Positions 10,513 through 20,276 are shown, counted from the first letter of the stretch. The stretch is 64,000 nt of DNA from Myxococcales bacterium (GCA_047601445.1 JASGJH010000001.1:2688001-2752000), one strand, 5' to 3'. The notes: generated by a model not told the origin, from the sequence alone. Numbers and translations: made by a program.

Positions 10513-11457
10513 TCACACGAACAGCGAACTCACGGAGTCGCCGTTGTGGATGCGCTTGATGGCCTCGCCCAGCAGACGGGAGACCCCGAGAACCTTGATT
10601 TTGCCGATCTTCTGCGCGGCCTCGCTGAGCGGGATGGTGTCGGACACCACGACCTCGTCGAGCACCGAGTTGGCGATGCGGTCCACCGCCGGTCCGCTCA
10701 ACACCGCGTGGGTCGCCGAGGCGCTCACGCTGCGGGCGCCCTTGTCCTTGAGGGCCCGGGCGGCGTTGGTGAGGGTGCCGGCGGTGTCGATCATGTCGTC
10801 GAGGATGACGCAGTCGCGCCCCTCCACATCACCGATCACGTTCATCACTTCACTGACGTTGGCCCGCTCGCGACGCTTGTCGACGATGGCGAGGTCCACG
10901 TCGAGCCGCTTGGCGTAGGCGCGCGTGCGCTCCACGCCGCCCGCATCGGGGGACACGAAGACCGGCTTCTCGTGGGCATAGCGCGTGCGCAGGTAGTCCA
11001 GGAACACGGGCATCGCGTAGAGGTGGTCGAACGGGATGCTGTAGAAGCCCTGGATCTGACCGGCATGCAGGTCCACCGAGACCACGCGCTGGACACCGGC
11101 AGCGGTGAGCAGGTCGGCCACCAGCTTGGCGGTGATGGGCGTGCGCGGCGCGACCTTGCGGTCCTGACGGCCGTAGCCGTAGTACGGGAGCACCGCGGTG
11201 ATGGATCCGGCCGAGGCGCGCTTGAGGGCGTCGACCATGATCAGCAGCTCCATGAGATTGTCGTTCACGGGCGCGCAGGTGGGCTGCACCACGTAGACGT
11301 CGACCCCGCGCACGTTCTCCTGGATCTCGGTGAAGATCTCGCCATCGGAGAAGCGTGAGAGCTTGCTCCGGCCCAGGGGGATCTCGAGATAGTCCGCGAT
11401 TTGAGCGGCGAGGGGGGCGTTGGCCCGACCTGAGAAGATGCTGATCGACTTGAACAT
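10513..11457 (-). CDS. prs: Ribose-phosphate pyrophosphokinase
   Basis: [16 protein letters not shown] and DDMIDTAGT motifs. Confidence 0.99.
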   Translation of the reverse strand: MFKSISIFSGRANAPLAAQIADYLEIPLGRSKLSRFSDGEIFTEIQENVRGVDVYVVQPTCAPVNDNLMELLIMVDALKRASAGSITAVLPYYGYGRQDRKVAPRTPITAKLVADLLTAAGVQRVVSVDLHAGQIQGFYSIPFDHLYAMPVFLDYLRTRYAHEKPVFVSPDAGGVERTRAYAKRLDVDLAIVDKRRERANVSEVMNVIGDVEGRDCVILDDMIDTAGTLTNAARALKDKGARSVSASATHAVLSGPAVDRIANSVLDEVVVSDTIPLSEAAQKIGKIKVLGVSRLLGEAIKRIHNGDSVSSLFV

Positions 11458-11720
11458 CAGTTTGCCTCGCTGGTTCAGACCGGTTGGCCAAGGCATAGCT
11501 AGCGATCGGACCACAGGGGACGGAAAAAGGTGGCGAGGTCTAGCATCGAGGGCCCTCGTGTCAACGGCGGGGACCGCCTGATCTCGGGCTAAATCGCCGT
11601 GTTTTCAGGATTTTGTGGAAACGCTAGCGGCGTTCATGGTGGGCCCGTGGAAGCGTCTCTCCCGCCCCGTGAGCACGACTTCCTTGGCGGGCCCCGGTCC
11701 GCGCCTGCATAACCGCGCCC

Positions 11721-12932
11721 GTGAGTCGCCTGCCGTTCATCGATTGGGCCCGTGGCTTCGCCGTTTTCGCCATGGTCCTGTGGCACACGGGCGACGGCTG
11801 GTTGAGCGCCGATCAGCGCACGGGCCAAGCCTGGGTCGCCCTGCGCTTCGTGGGCGGGCTCGCGGCTCCCTCCTTCTTGTTCCTGGCAGGCAGCGCCGCG
11901 GCGCTGTCGGTGCGACCAGGGCAAGACGCGGCCGCGGCGCAGCGGGCTTTCGCGGGGGCTGCCAGTCGCGGCCTCGAGGTGCTGTTGATCGGCTACATGC
12001 TGCGGCTCCAGACCTGGCTGGTGGACGCGGGCGCACTGATTCAGTGGTGGCTCGTGCGCGCCTGGTTGCCCATCGCGCTCGGCTACGGACTCCTGTTCGT
12101 GAGCTTGAGGCGTTGGGGGTCGGGCCAGCGGGTGTGGCCGCGGGCGCTGCTCGCCGTGCTTCTTTGCGGCGTCGGCTTCTGGCAAGTGGAGCCCCTGGCG
12201 CCGGGTCGCCTCCCGCGTCTACTCCAGGTCGACGTGCTGCAAGCGATCGGCGCCTCGCTGTTCTTGCTGGCCTTGGGACAGCGCAGCGTGCGCCTCCTCG
12301 AACGTCCCGCGCTGCTCTCGCTGCTCGGCGCAGCGATCGCCGGCTGGACCGACTACCTGACACGCGCGATGCCCGGCCCCTTGCCGCGCGCTCTGGCCGG
12401 CTACGTGGCCAAGTTCGAGGTGCCCGCCGGCACCCCCGTCCCCGCGCTTTTCCCGCTCTTTCCATGGTTGGCTTACGCCTTCCTGGGCGCAGCGTGGGCC
12501 ACGATCCTCAAGCGCGCGCGTGGCCAGGAGGAGCGCGTGATCGTGGGATCAGCCTTGCTAGGGGCGCTCCTCGCGCTCCTCACCAGCGAAGCCCAACCCT
12601 TCGTGCACGGCTGGATCGCGTTTCAGGGGTGGTTGATCCATCCGATCCGGGTCGGCTTCCGGATTGGCATCGTGCTCACCATCCTGATGCTGGGATGGCT
12701 CTGGGCGAGCGGTCGGCGCGGGCGTATCGGGCTCGCCTTCGGCCAAAACTCGCTGCGGATCTACTGGGCCCACATGTTGTTCGCGTACGGGGTCCTGGGG
12801 CGCGCGCTGCAGAAAAAACTGAGCTTTGGTGCCTGGGCTTTGTGGTTGCTGCCACTGTTTGGGGCCATGTGGTGCTTGACACGGGCGACGGTCAGCCGGA
12901 CCAAGACGCCGGCCGCGAACGTCCGAACATAG
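11721..12932 (+). CDS. DUF1624/HGSNAT-like membrane acyltransferase
   Basis: IDWARGFAVFAMVLWH, FLFLAG, DVLQAIG and FPLFPW motifs; multiple TMs. Confidence 0.75.
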   Translation: MSRLPFIDWARGFAVFAMVLWHTGDGWLSADQRTGQAWVALRFVGGLAAPSFLFLAGSAAALSVRPGQDAAAAQRAFAGAASRGLEVLLIGYMLRLQTWLVDAGALIQWWLVRAWLPIALGYGLLFVSLRRWGSGQRVWPRALLAVLLCGVGFWQVEPLAPGRLPRLLQVDVLQAIGASLFLLALGQRSVRLLERPALLSLLGAAIAGWTDYLTRAMPGPLPRALAGYVAKFEVPAGTPVPALFPLFPWLAYAFLGAAWATILKRARGQEERVIVGSALLGALLALLTSEAQPFVHGWIAFQGWLIHPIRVGFRIGIVLTILMLGWLWASGRRGRIGLAFGQNSLRIYWAHMLFAYGVLGRALQKKLSFGAWALWLLPLFGAMWCLTRATVSRTKTPAANVRT

Positions 12933-12993
12933 GGCTTGAGCCCCGTGATGGGAGCGTTTATAAGTCTCAGCCCCGATACGAACAGGAGTTGAG

Positions 12994-13833
12994 ATGGCGT
13001 CGACCGTGCTGCTCTTTACGGACCGCGCTGGCTTTCACGATGCGTGGAAGTCCGCTTGCGAGCGCGCTGGACTGTTCTCGGTTGTGCAGCCTCCAGATGC
13101 AGCAGCCACGGCCCTCACTCGCGGTACCTTGGCGGTGTTCGATGCCGCCTCGCGCGGGTTCGACGAAGACGAACTGTTGGCGTGGATCGGACTCGCGCGT
13201 GCGCTTGGCGCGTCGCCCGCGGTGGCGCTCTCCGACGACGGGCAGTTCTCGACGATTGAAGATCTGCTGCAGGAGCTGTGCGCTGGGCTCGTGGCGCGCG
13301 GCGATCTCGAAGTCAGTAAGGTGTGTGCCGGCCTGGCGCGTCGCGCTGATACCGACCGCGACGTGCGTTTCGAGTATCTCTCTGTTTCGCCACGCGGCGG
13401 CGAGCTGCTGGCGATCTTCGGCAGCGGCCAGGCGTTGATCCTGCCGCGGCCCGTCGGCGCCGAGGATGACGGAAGCGAGGTCGAGGCCATCGAGCTCGGT
13501 CAAGACGCGCGCACGGCCGAGGTGAAACTCAGCAGCGGCAAGCAGCTCGCGTTGGCGGCCGCCGATCTCCAGGATCGCAAGGACACGCCGGAGCTCGCCC
13601 CCGCCAGCGTGCCGGCGTCGCTCGGTGACGTCGATGGCGTCCGCCTCGGTCAGCGCCTGCGCGCGCTGCGTCTTGCAGCCGGGCTCACGCAGGCCGAGCT
13701 CGCGCGCCGCACCGGGATCCACCGCCCGAACATCGCCCGCGTGGAAGCCGGACGCCACACTCCCTCGTTGGAAACGCTCGCGCGCCTTGCCGCCGCGATC
13801 GGCGTGCCGACGACCAAAGTGCTCGCCGGCTGA
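12994..13833 (+). CDS. XRE-family HTH protein with additional N-terminal domains
   Basis: C-terminal LRALRLAAGLTQAELARRTGIHRPNIARVEAGRHTPSLETL. Confidence 0.85.
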   Translation: MASTVLLFTDRAGFHDAWKSACERAGLFSVVQPPDAAATALTRGTLAVFDAASRGFDEDELLAWIGLARALGASPAVALSDDGQFSTIEDLLQELCAGLVARGDLEVSKVCAGLARRADTDRDVRFEYLSVSPRGGELLAIFGSGQALILPRPVGAEDDGSEVEAIELGQDARTAEVKLSSGKQLALAAADLQDRKDTPELAPASVPASLGDVDGVRLGQRLRALRLAAGLTQAELARRTGIHRPNIARVEAGRHTPSLETLARLAAAIGVPTTKVLAG

Positions 13834-13931
13834 GGTCCAACCAGACGATGCTCGACACCACGCGCGTTCGCTTCGATCGCGATGTGGCGGCGTGCCGTGA
13901 GCGAGCCGAACTAGCTCACTCGCAGGACCTT

Positions 13932-14262
13932 AAAACAACAACCGAAGCCCCAGCGCGCGGATGCGAGGCGGGAAGTGCACCCACGCGCTGGAGCTCGATA
14001 CCGTTGATTGCCGACCTTCGAGGAGTGTGCCCTGTCGATCACCAAGATAAGGGAAGCACGAAATGGGGGGTGTGCTCTTGGTAAGCCGGGAAGAGGCTGA
14101 TCGGGGCCTCGCAAGAAGGAGCCATCACGTTCAAAGCAAAGGTAAGCGTCTAAGTTGAAAAGCGTTCAAGCCAAGACAAGCGAATCAGAGGGGCGCGACG
14201 AAAACCTGACGGGCTCCGCAGCCAGCGGTAGGGACGCTGCAAGAACCAGTTCCCGGCGCGCA
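13932..14262 (-). ncRNA. Candidate structured non-coding RNA of unknown family
   Basis: Lies in a ~460-nt intergenic gap with serial hairpins. G-U wobbles work only on the minus strand. Ends in an 18-bp stem followed by a U-rich tail. Confidence 0.5.
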
Positions 14263-14294
14263 CATTTTGTTGGTGGAGCCAACCCAACCACTCT

Positions 14295-15419
14295 ATGAAA
14301 AAAAAAGTGCGTTCGTCGGTCGCTTTACCAGCCGTGACCCCACAGCGGCTGTCCTTGGCTTTGATTCTCTCGCTCGGTGCAGCTCAGGTCGCGCCGTGCT
14401 CCCCCGCGCTTTCGCGCGTCCAAGCCCAGGACGTTGCTGGGACTTCGGCGCAGCCCCCAACCTGGGCCGTGCGCGTGGACCCGAGCAGCCGCTGCGCTTC
14501 GGATCCGCGCTTCGCAGCCGACGTCGCGGAGCCCATCCCGCCCGCGCAGCGAGCGTCCGTCGACAGCGCTGAGTTGGTGGCAGCGGTCACGCTGAGCCGC
14601 GCGAACGGCGGGTTGCACGCGAACATTCAGGTCTACGATCGCGTGCTGCAGAGCCAAGCAGGCGCCCGTGAACTCGACTTACCGCTGGCGAGTTGCCGAG
14701 AGACTGCGGACTCCATCGCGCTGGTGATCGGGGTGCTGGTCGAAGCGGGGCGCACGGCGCCAACGCCCCCCGCGCCGCCGGACGAACCGCCGCCTCCGCC
14801 CCCGCCGCCGCCACCCGAAGAGGAGCCGGAAGAAGAGGAGCCCGAGCAGGTCGCGCCGCCTGAACCCGAGCCAGAGCGGAAACGCTATGCGTGGCTGGGG
14901 CCGAAGGCCGGGCATGACCTTACGATCCAGGCAGGCGTCGGCTGGGGACTTCTGCCGGGGGCCTACGCAGGAGGCACGGTGGGCTGGGGAATCCGGGCAC
15001 CGCGCGTCTGGCCTATCTGGCTCAGCGGCACGGGTTTCTTGCCGAAGGAGTCCGCTGACCACCGCGGGCGGTTTTCGTCTGTCTACGGCGGAATCGCCGT
15101 GTGCCCGGTGCACGCAGAGCGCGGGGCCGTGCGCGGTCAGCTGTGCCCGAGCTTCGCCGCCGGGGCCATTTGGGCGGAGGGCCAACAGCTCGCCAATCAG
15201 CGCGCCAAGACGGCGGCGATCGCCCTGGTGGGCCTCGATTTGAAAGGCGATTTGCGGCTGGCAGGGCCGCTCGCGTTGTCCCTGACTGGGCGCCTGGAGG
15301 TCCCCCTCCTGCGACAAAAGTTCGCCTACAACCAGGTGGGGGGACAGACTGGCGAAATCTACGAGGTGGCCCCGCTCACATTGACGCTGCTGGCCGGGCT
15401 GTCCCTGCTTTTTCGCTGA
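14295..15419 (+). CDS. Exported protein with Pro/Glu-rich linker and probable C-terminal beta-barrel
   Basis: Signal-like N-terminus, poly-Pro linker, alternating Gly/hydrophobic strands, ends LSLLFR. Confidence 0.7.
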   Translation: MKKKVRSSVALPAVTPQRLSLALILSLGAAQVAPCSPALSRVQAQDVAGTSAQPPTWAVRVDPSSRCASDPRFAADVAEPIPPAQRASVDSAELVAAVTLSRANGGLHANIQVYDRVLQSQAGARELDLPLASCRETADSIALVIGVLVEAGRTAPTPPAPPDEPPPPPPPPPPEEEPEEEEPEQVAPPEPEPERKRYAWLGPKAGHDLTIQAGVGWGLLPGAYAGGTVGWGIRAPRVWPIWLSGTGFLPKESADHRGRFSSVYGGIAVCPVHAERGAVRGQLCPSFAAGAIWAEGQQLANQRAKTAAIALVGLDLKGDLRLAGPLALSLTGRLEVPLLRQKFAYNQVGGQTGEIYEVAPLTLTLLAGLSLLFR

Positions 15420-15557
15420 TAATCGCTACCTTGCCGCTCCCACTACACAAACAGACAGACGACGACGGGCCAGGCGCGACTTTCCTGTTCCGCGAAATCT
15501 GCAAAGTTTCGTCGACGCGCGGTGTCTCCGCGCGTCTGGTCCCACGAAGAGGTCAGC

Positions 15558-16226
15558 GTGAACTTGGCGTTTGCATATCCTGTGAAGGAACCGGGCTTGC
15601 CCCCGGCGCAATCGCTGTCGCACGCTGCGCCACTGGAGAGCGCGACCTATGAGTTGCTCTCCGGAGACCGGAAGTTGATGCAGGCAGACAACGACGCGCG
15701 ACCCCTGGAGTTCGACGCGGTAGTGGCCGAGCACGGGCCCTACATCTGGCGCGTGCTGCGGCGTCTCGGCGTGCGCGCGTCGGACATCGAGGATGTCTGG
15801 CAAGAAACTTTCATCGTGGTGCACCGCAAGCTCGGAGGCTTCGAAGGCCGCTCCTCCGTGCGCACCTGGCTTTCGGCGATCGCCGTGCGCGTCGCCAGCG
15901 ACTATCGCAATCGCGCCCATCGTCGCCGTGAACAGGCCACCGAAGAGGTGCCGGACGATCCGGCCGGCGACGTGTTCCAGCGAGTTTCCCAGCATGACGA
16001 GCTGATCGAGCGCGAGCGCCGCGCCCTGCTCGACAAGCTGATCGCCGAGCTCAAGCCCGAGCAACGCGAAGTCATCGTGCTTTACGAGTTCGCCGAGCTT
16101 CCGATGCAGGAAGTCGCGGACGCACTCGGTTGTCCACTTCAAACTGCTTACTCACGCCTGCACGCAGCCCGACGAGCGCTCGAGCAAGCTGCCCGACGTG
16201 AAGCCGCCCGCAGGGGGTCGCCATGA
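15558..16226 (+). CDS. ECF sigma-70 factor
   Basis: EDVWQETF...WLSAIA (region 2) and EVADALGCPLQTAYSRLHAAR (region 4). Start uncertain (15522/15558/15678). Confidence 0.92.
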   Translation: MNLAFAYPVKEPGLPPAQSLSHAAPLESATYELLSGDRKLMQADNDARPLEFDAVVAEHGPYIWRVLRRLGVRASDIEDVWQETFIVVHRKLGGFEGRSSVRTWLSAIAVRVASDYRNRAHRRREQATEEVPDDPAGDVFQRVSQHDELIERERRALLDKLIAELKPEQREVIVLYEFAELPMQEVADALGCPLQTAYSRLHAARRALEQAARREAARRGSP

Positions 16227-17203
16227 CGTACAACACTGATCCGAGCCGCTGGACCGATTCATTAGCCGAAGCCCCCGAGGCGCTTCGTGCGCCCTTCGCC
16301 GCAGCCCGCAACGAGGGCCCGAGCGACCTGCAGATGAGGGCCCTGGCCCTCAAGCTCGCAGCGCTTTCTGCCGGTACGGCGGCGGCGGCTTCGGCGGCTA
16401 CCGCAAAGGCAGCCGCAGGTACCACGGCAGGTGGTGCGGGAGCGGCGGCAACGGCCGGCGGCCTATCGATGGCCAAGGTGGCCATCTCGGTGGCACTGTT
16501 CGGAGCCACCGTGACGGGCGCCGTCGTATGGCAGGGCAAGGTCTCGGTTCGACAGGGTGCCCAGAAGGCGCCGGTGGTCCAGGTTGCCCCCTCCGCCGAA
16601 CAGGTGTCGGCGCCGAGCGTGGGCCCTGCTGCGGCGCCGAGCGCTGCGGTACGACAAAACGCGGCTCCCCAGGTCACGCAGCGCGCCTCGACCGAGGTCG
16701 AGCAGCCCAGCGTGGCCGTCCAGGCAGCGAACGAGGTACCGCCGGCCAGCGAGAAGCTGGGCGTGACCAGCCCCAACGACGAGCCCCAGGCCGTCAGCTC
16801 CAGCGTTCGCTCCTCGTCCTCGAGCGTGCGCGGCAGTCGCGCCCGCTCGAGTGCGTCCAGTTCGAGCACCGCCAGTGCGGCGACCGCTGCCGCCAAGCAA
16901 ACTAGCGCTGCGAGTCAGTCCGAACGTACCGAGAGCGTGGCGCGCGCCCCCGAGGTCGACTTGCTGCGCCGTGCCCGCGCTGCGCTGCAGAGCCGTCCGC
17001 GTGAGGCCTTTGCCATCACGCAGGAACACCGCGCTCTCTACCCCACGGGCGTGTTCGCCCAGGAGCGCGACGCGCTGGCCATCGAGGCCCTGATGCGGGC
17101 CGGCGAGATGAGCACCGCGCGCACCTTGGCTGAACGCTTCGTGCGCGAGCACCCGAGCTCTCCGCACGCGCACCGCTTCATCGAGACCATGAATCTCCGC
17201 TGA
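16223..17203 (+). CDS. Putative membrane-anchored anti-sigma factor with C-terminal TPR-like helices
   Basis: ATGA overlap with the sigma gene, one TM, Ala/Ser-rich linker, YPTGVFAQER...HPSSPH tail. Confidence 0.7.
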   Translation: MTYNTDPSRWTDSLAEAPEALRAPFAAARNEGPSDLQMRALALKLAALSAGTAAAASAATAKAAAGTTAGGAGAAATAGGLSMAKVAISVALFGATVTGAVVWQGKVSVRQGAQKAPVVQVAPSAEQVSAPSVGPAAAPSAAVRQNAAPQVTQRASTEVEQPSVAVQAANEVPPASEKLGVTSPNDEPQAVSSSVRSSSSSVRGSRARSSASSSSTASAATAAAKQTSAASQSERTESVARAPEVDLLRRARAALQSRPREAFAITQEHRALYPTGVFAQERDALAIEALMRAGEMSTARTLAERFVREHPSSPHAHRFIETMNLR

Positions 17204-17230
17204 GAGCCGCTCCCAAGCGAGCCTCCCGAG

Positions 17231-17262
17231 CGAGCCCTTCCGGTTACTGCCAGAAGGGCTCG
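17231..17262. terminator. Hairpin between convergent genes
   Basis: CGAGCCCTTCCGG-TTACTG-CCAGAAGGGCTCG, followed by TCTTTT on the plus strand. Confidence 0.6.
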
Positions 17263-18715
17263 GTCTTTTAAAGACGTCCCAACGCTGCTCGAGATCGCTC
17301 GTCGCGCGCAGCACCATGGCATCGAGCGGGGCACGTACATGGGTTCGCAGGTTCGCCCTCACTCGGCGATCCTCGACCTGCTTGAGGTGGCGCGCCAGGA
17401 GGCGCTCGCTGACGTAGGCATCCTGGATCTGCCCGAGCACCTCCTGCAACGCGGTCAGACGACGCATGAAGTGCTTCGTCCTTTGCTTGGCGAACGCATC
17501 GCGCACGAAGTCACTGGCGTAGCGCAGCTTCTTCAGCTGTTTGCGCAGCGCGTGCAGGGCGCTCGCCCGGGCCGTACCGCCCTGTCCACGCCCAAGGAAG
17601 TCGTCCACCGCCGCTTCCAGACGCTTGATCTTACGCAGCCGCTTGTCGAGGTGCTTGCGTGCGAAGGGCTTGAGCTTCTCGTGCGCCTGCTCCGCACGGC
17701 GAGCGAGCTCCGCCTGCTGCTCCGCCAGCTTGGTCACCAGGCGCTCGAAGCGACGAGAATCGAGCGCGAGCAAGAGCTCGTCGTGCAGGGCCTGCCGGCG
17801 CCGTTCGATGTCCTTACGCATCGCCGCAAGCCCGCGCGCCGAGTCGAGCGGCGAGAGCACGTCCTGCAGCACCACGTCGTACTCACGCAGCGGACCGAGC
17901 ACCCCGGACAACCAGTGCAGTTCCTTCTCCAGATGCGCCTCCGCGGCCTCCCCCAAGACGCCCTCGAACAAGCCCAGCGCGGTTCGCAAACGCCGCACCC
18001 CGACCCGCATTTGGTGGAGGTACTCGGGATCGTTGCCTTGGCGGGCGCCGCTGGCGTTCTCCCGGAGCTGGGCGCTGGCGGTCTCGAACACCAGCAGCGC
18101 CGTGCTGGCCAGCTTGGGCTTGGACGGAAGATCGATGTCGAGCGCCTTGCTCGGGGCTCGGCGCATACGGGCACCCGCCACCAGCTCCTTGGGCGTGACG
18201 AGCGAGACCAGGCGTCCCTCGACCCCGCGCAGATTGGACCTGGCAAAGGCGGTGGCGAAGGGTGCCTCCAGCTCGAGTACGCAGAGACCGGCGGTAGGGA
18301 ACTTCTCCATGAGCTGTGCGCGCAACGCGGGGTCGCCCTTGGTCGCGATGGCGAGCGCGAGGGCCTCGAGGGAGGGATTGTGGCCGACCAACAACACCGT
18401 CTTGGCCCGGGCCGGCACCTGCTTGAGACACAGCGTGAGCTCCTCCTGGCTAGGCATGTAGAGCTCGCGCGCCACGCGTACCCCGAAGCGGGGCTCCACA
18501 CGCTTCTCGACCTGAGCCCAGGTCTGCTGGGCCCGCAGCGCGCTCGAGCACAGCACCAGGTCGATACCGCCCCCGTTCTCCGTGAGCTCCTGGAGATGCT
18601 GGGCCACGCGGCGTGCGTCCTCACGCCCGCGCGCCGCGAGAGGACGCTCGTGATCCTCGATGGACGGGTCGGACCAGCTCGATTTGGCGTGCCGCAACAG
18701 CAAAAGACGCCTCAT
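17244..18715 (-). CDS. SixA-like histidine phosphatase fused to a CHAD domain (apparent 1-nt indel near the 3' end)
   Basis: LLRHAKS and LVGHNP (SixA); LHQMRVGVRRLR and LHALRKQLKKLRY (CHAD). The natural-looking end KKTEPFWQ* lies in a shifted frame. Confidence 0.85.
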
Positions 18716-18727
18716 GGGCGCACCTCG

Positions 18728-19600
18728 TCAGCGAAAGCGGGTGATCACGTCTTGTGCGAAGCGCTCGATGCCATCGCGCGTTTGGTCGAGCGTGGGGTTC
18801 ATGCCGTGACCATAGAAAATCCAGGGTTGGACGATGATCTCCGTGGCGCCGATCTCTTCGAGCTCACGGTAGCCGTCCACCCCGAACGCATCCATGCACA
18901 CCACCGAGATCTCGAACGGCTCGTGCTCACGTCCGAACTCGGCCCGCAGCTCGCGCAAGCTCTTGATGTAGCCGCGCAGCTCGGCCTTGGTCACCATGGC
19001 GCTCGTCCAACCATCACCGTACTTCGCCGCGCGCCGCAGCGCCGCGGGTGTGTGCCCACCGATGATGAACGGGACCTTCTCGGTCGGTACCGGAGACATG
19101 CGCAGTCGATCGAACGAGTAGTGCTTGCCATGGTACTCGACGAACTCGCCCGAGAGACACAGGCGAATCACTTCGAGCGCCTCGTTGGTTCGCGGCCCAC
19201 GCGTCGCATATTCCGTGTGGCACCAGGCGAACTCCTCGGGGATCCAGCCGAGGCCCGCACCGAAGGCCACGCGGTTGCCGGAGAGCGCGGCGGCCGACGA
19301 CAGGGTCTTCGCCACCAAGAGCGGGTTACGGATCGCGAGCTTGAGTACGTGGGGGTAGAAACGAATGCGCTTGGTCACGGCCGCCATGGCGGGGATCGCC
19401 ACCCACGGATCGACGAACGGGGTATCGGAGGGCCAGAAGCGCTGGCCGTCGGACGTGTAGGGATAGGGAGCGGACACCTTCTCCGGATGGAACACCGAGT
19501 CGGGCACCACGATGGTGTCGTAGCCCTGCTCCTCGGCGCAGACCGCCATGGGAAGGAAGTGATCGGCGGGTCGCATGGCGACGGCGAGTGCAAACTTCAT
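18728..19600 (-). CDS. LLM-class (luciferase-like), probably F420-dependent, oxidoreductase
   Basis: DPWVAIPAMAAVT, GAGLGWIPEEF and RRAAKYGDGW motifs. Confidence 0.88.
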   Translation of the reverse strand: MKFALAVAMRPADHFLPMAVCAEEQGYDTIVVPDSVFHPEKVSAPYPYTSDGQRFWPSDTPFVDPWVAIPAMAAVTKRIRFYPHVLKLAIRNPLLVAKTLSSAAALSGNRVAFGAGLGWIPEEFAWCHTEYATRGPRTNEALEVIRLCLSGEFVEYHGKHYSFDRLRMSPVPTEKVPFIIGGHTPAALRRAAKYGDGWTSAMVTKAELRGYIKSLRELRAEFGREHEPFEISVVCMDAFGVDGYRELEEIGATEIIVQPWIFYGHGMNPTLDQTRDGIERFAQDVITRFR

Positions 19601-19613
19601 CGGTACCTCGATC

Positions 19614-20276
19614 TCACTTGGTCGGAACGACGGGAAATTGGCTGAAACGCTCGGGCGGCGTGGGCACGCAGGCGCCCTGAACGAGGGAGCTCTGGATGTC
19701 GTCGCGGGTGCCCACGTAGAGCGTATTCATGGCGCGCTCGCCCAGCAGTAGCACCACGTCCATCACACCGACCAACCCGCGCAGCCACGAAAAGCGCCGC
19801 GTGGGGAGCTGCCCGGAGTGGACCTCGCAGTCCCACACCCCGCTCACGGGACCATACTCGTCCTGCAACTCCTGGACGCGCGCGCCGAGGGCTTCCATGC
19901 CCGCAAGGTGCTCGGCGAGCTGCACGCGCGCGAGCAGGTGAGTCTCGCGGCTGAAGAGGTAGAGGGCCTGTCCGTTCTTCCCTATGGCCTCGTCGAACAC
20001 GTAGAGGCTGGAAGCGTCGGCCTCCGCGTGGCGCTTGGCCTTGGGCCGGACCGTGCGCAGCTGCGCTTCGTCCATGCCCAAAAACACCCCGGAGAGGGGC
20101 CTGGGCATCTGGGCGGCCGAAGCCCACCCCAGGCTCGAGGTGGGCTGGACCGCCGGCGAGGACTCGACCTCTGCCCCCTGCTCCCCCGCTGGACGCGGGG
20201 AAACCACGCGGAATAGCAGCAACAGGAGCACCAAAAGTACCCCGCCCCCGATGGCCAGCGCGCCCCAGCGACCCAT
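19614..20276 (-). CDS. Hypothetical membrane-anchored protein
   Basis: N-terminal TM; coding-like codon pattern; directly upstream of the LLM gene. Confidence 0.65.
   Translation of the reverse strand: MGRWGALAIGGGVLLVLLLLLFRVVSPRPAGEQGAEVESSPAVQPTSSLGWASAAQMPRPLSGVFLGMDEAQLRTVRPKAKRHAEADASSLYVFDEAIGKNGQALYLFSRETHLLARVQLAEHLAGMEALGARVQELQDEYGPVSGVWDCEVHSGQLPTRRFSWLRGLVGVMDVVLLLGERAMNTLYVGTRDDIQSSLVQGACVPTPPERFSQFPVVPTK

Noticed and set aside
11460..11720. tRNA-Gln often found upstream of prs
   Set aside because: No cloverleaf or T-loop motif on either strand.
14081..14091. GTAAGCCGGG resembling the RNase P RNA 3' motif (reverse complement)
   Set aside because: The adjoining ACAGAA and the GAGGAAAGTCC partner motif are absent.
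13848..14114. Short ORFs 13848-14084 (+) and 13911-14114 (-)
   Set aside because: No SD, atypical codon use and no protein-like features; better explained as structured RNA.
14271..14280. TGGTGGAGCC as the 3' end of a tmRNA/tRNA or an att site on the minus strand
   Set aside because: No adjacent T-arm (GTTCGA) and no matching acceptor 5' strand.
16463..17243. Last ~260 aa of the 750-aa SixA-CHAD ORF
   Set aside because: Antisense to the anti-sigma gene and explained by a 1-nt indel near 17268.
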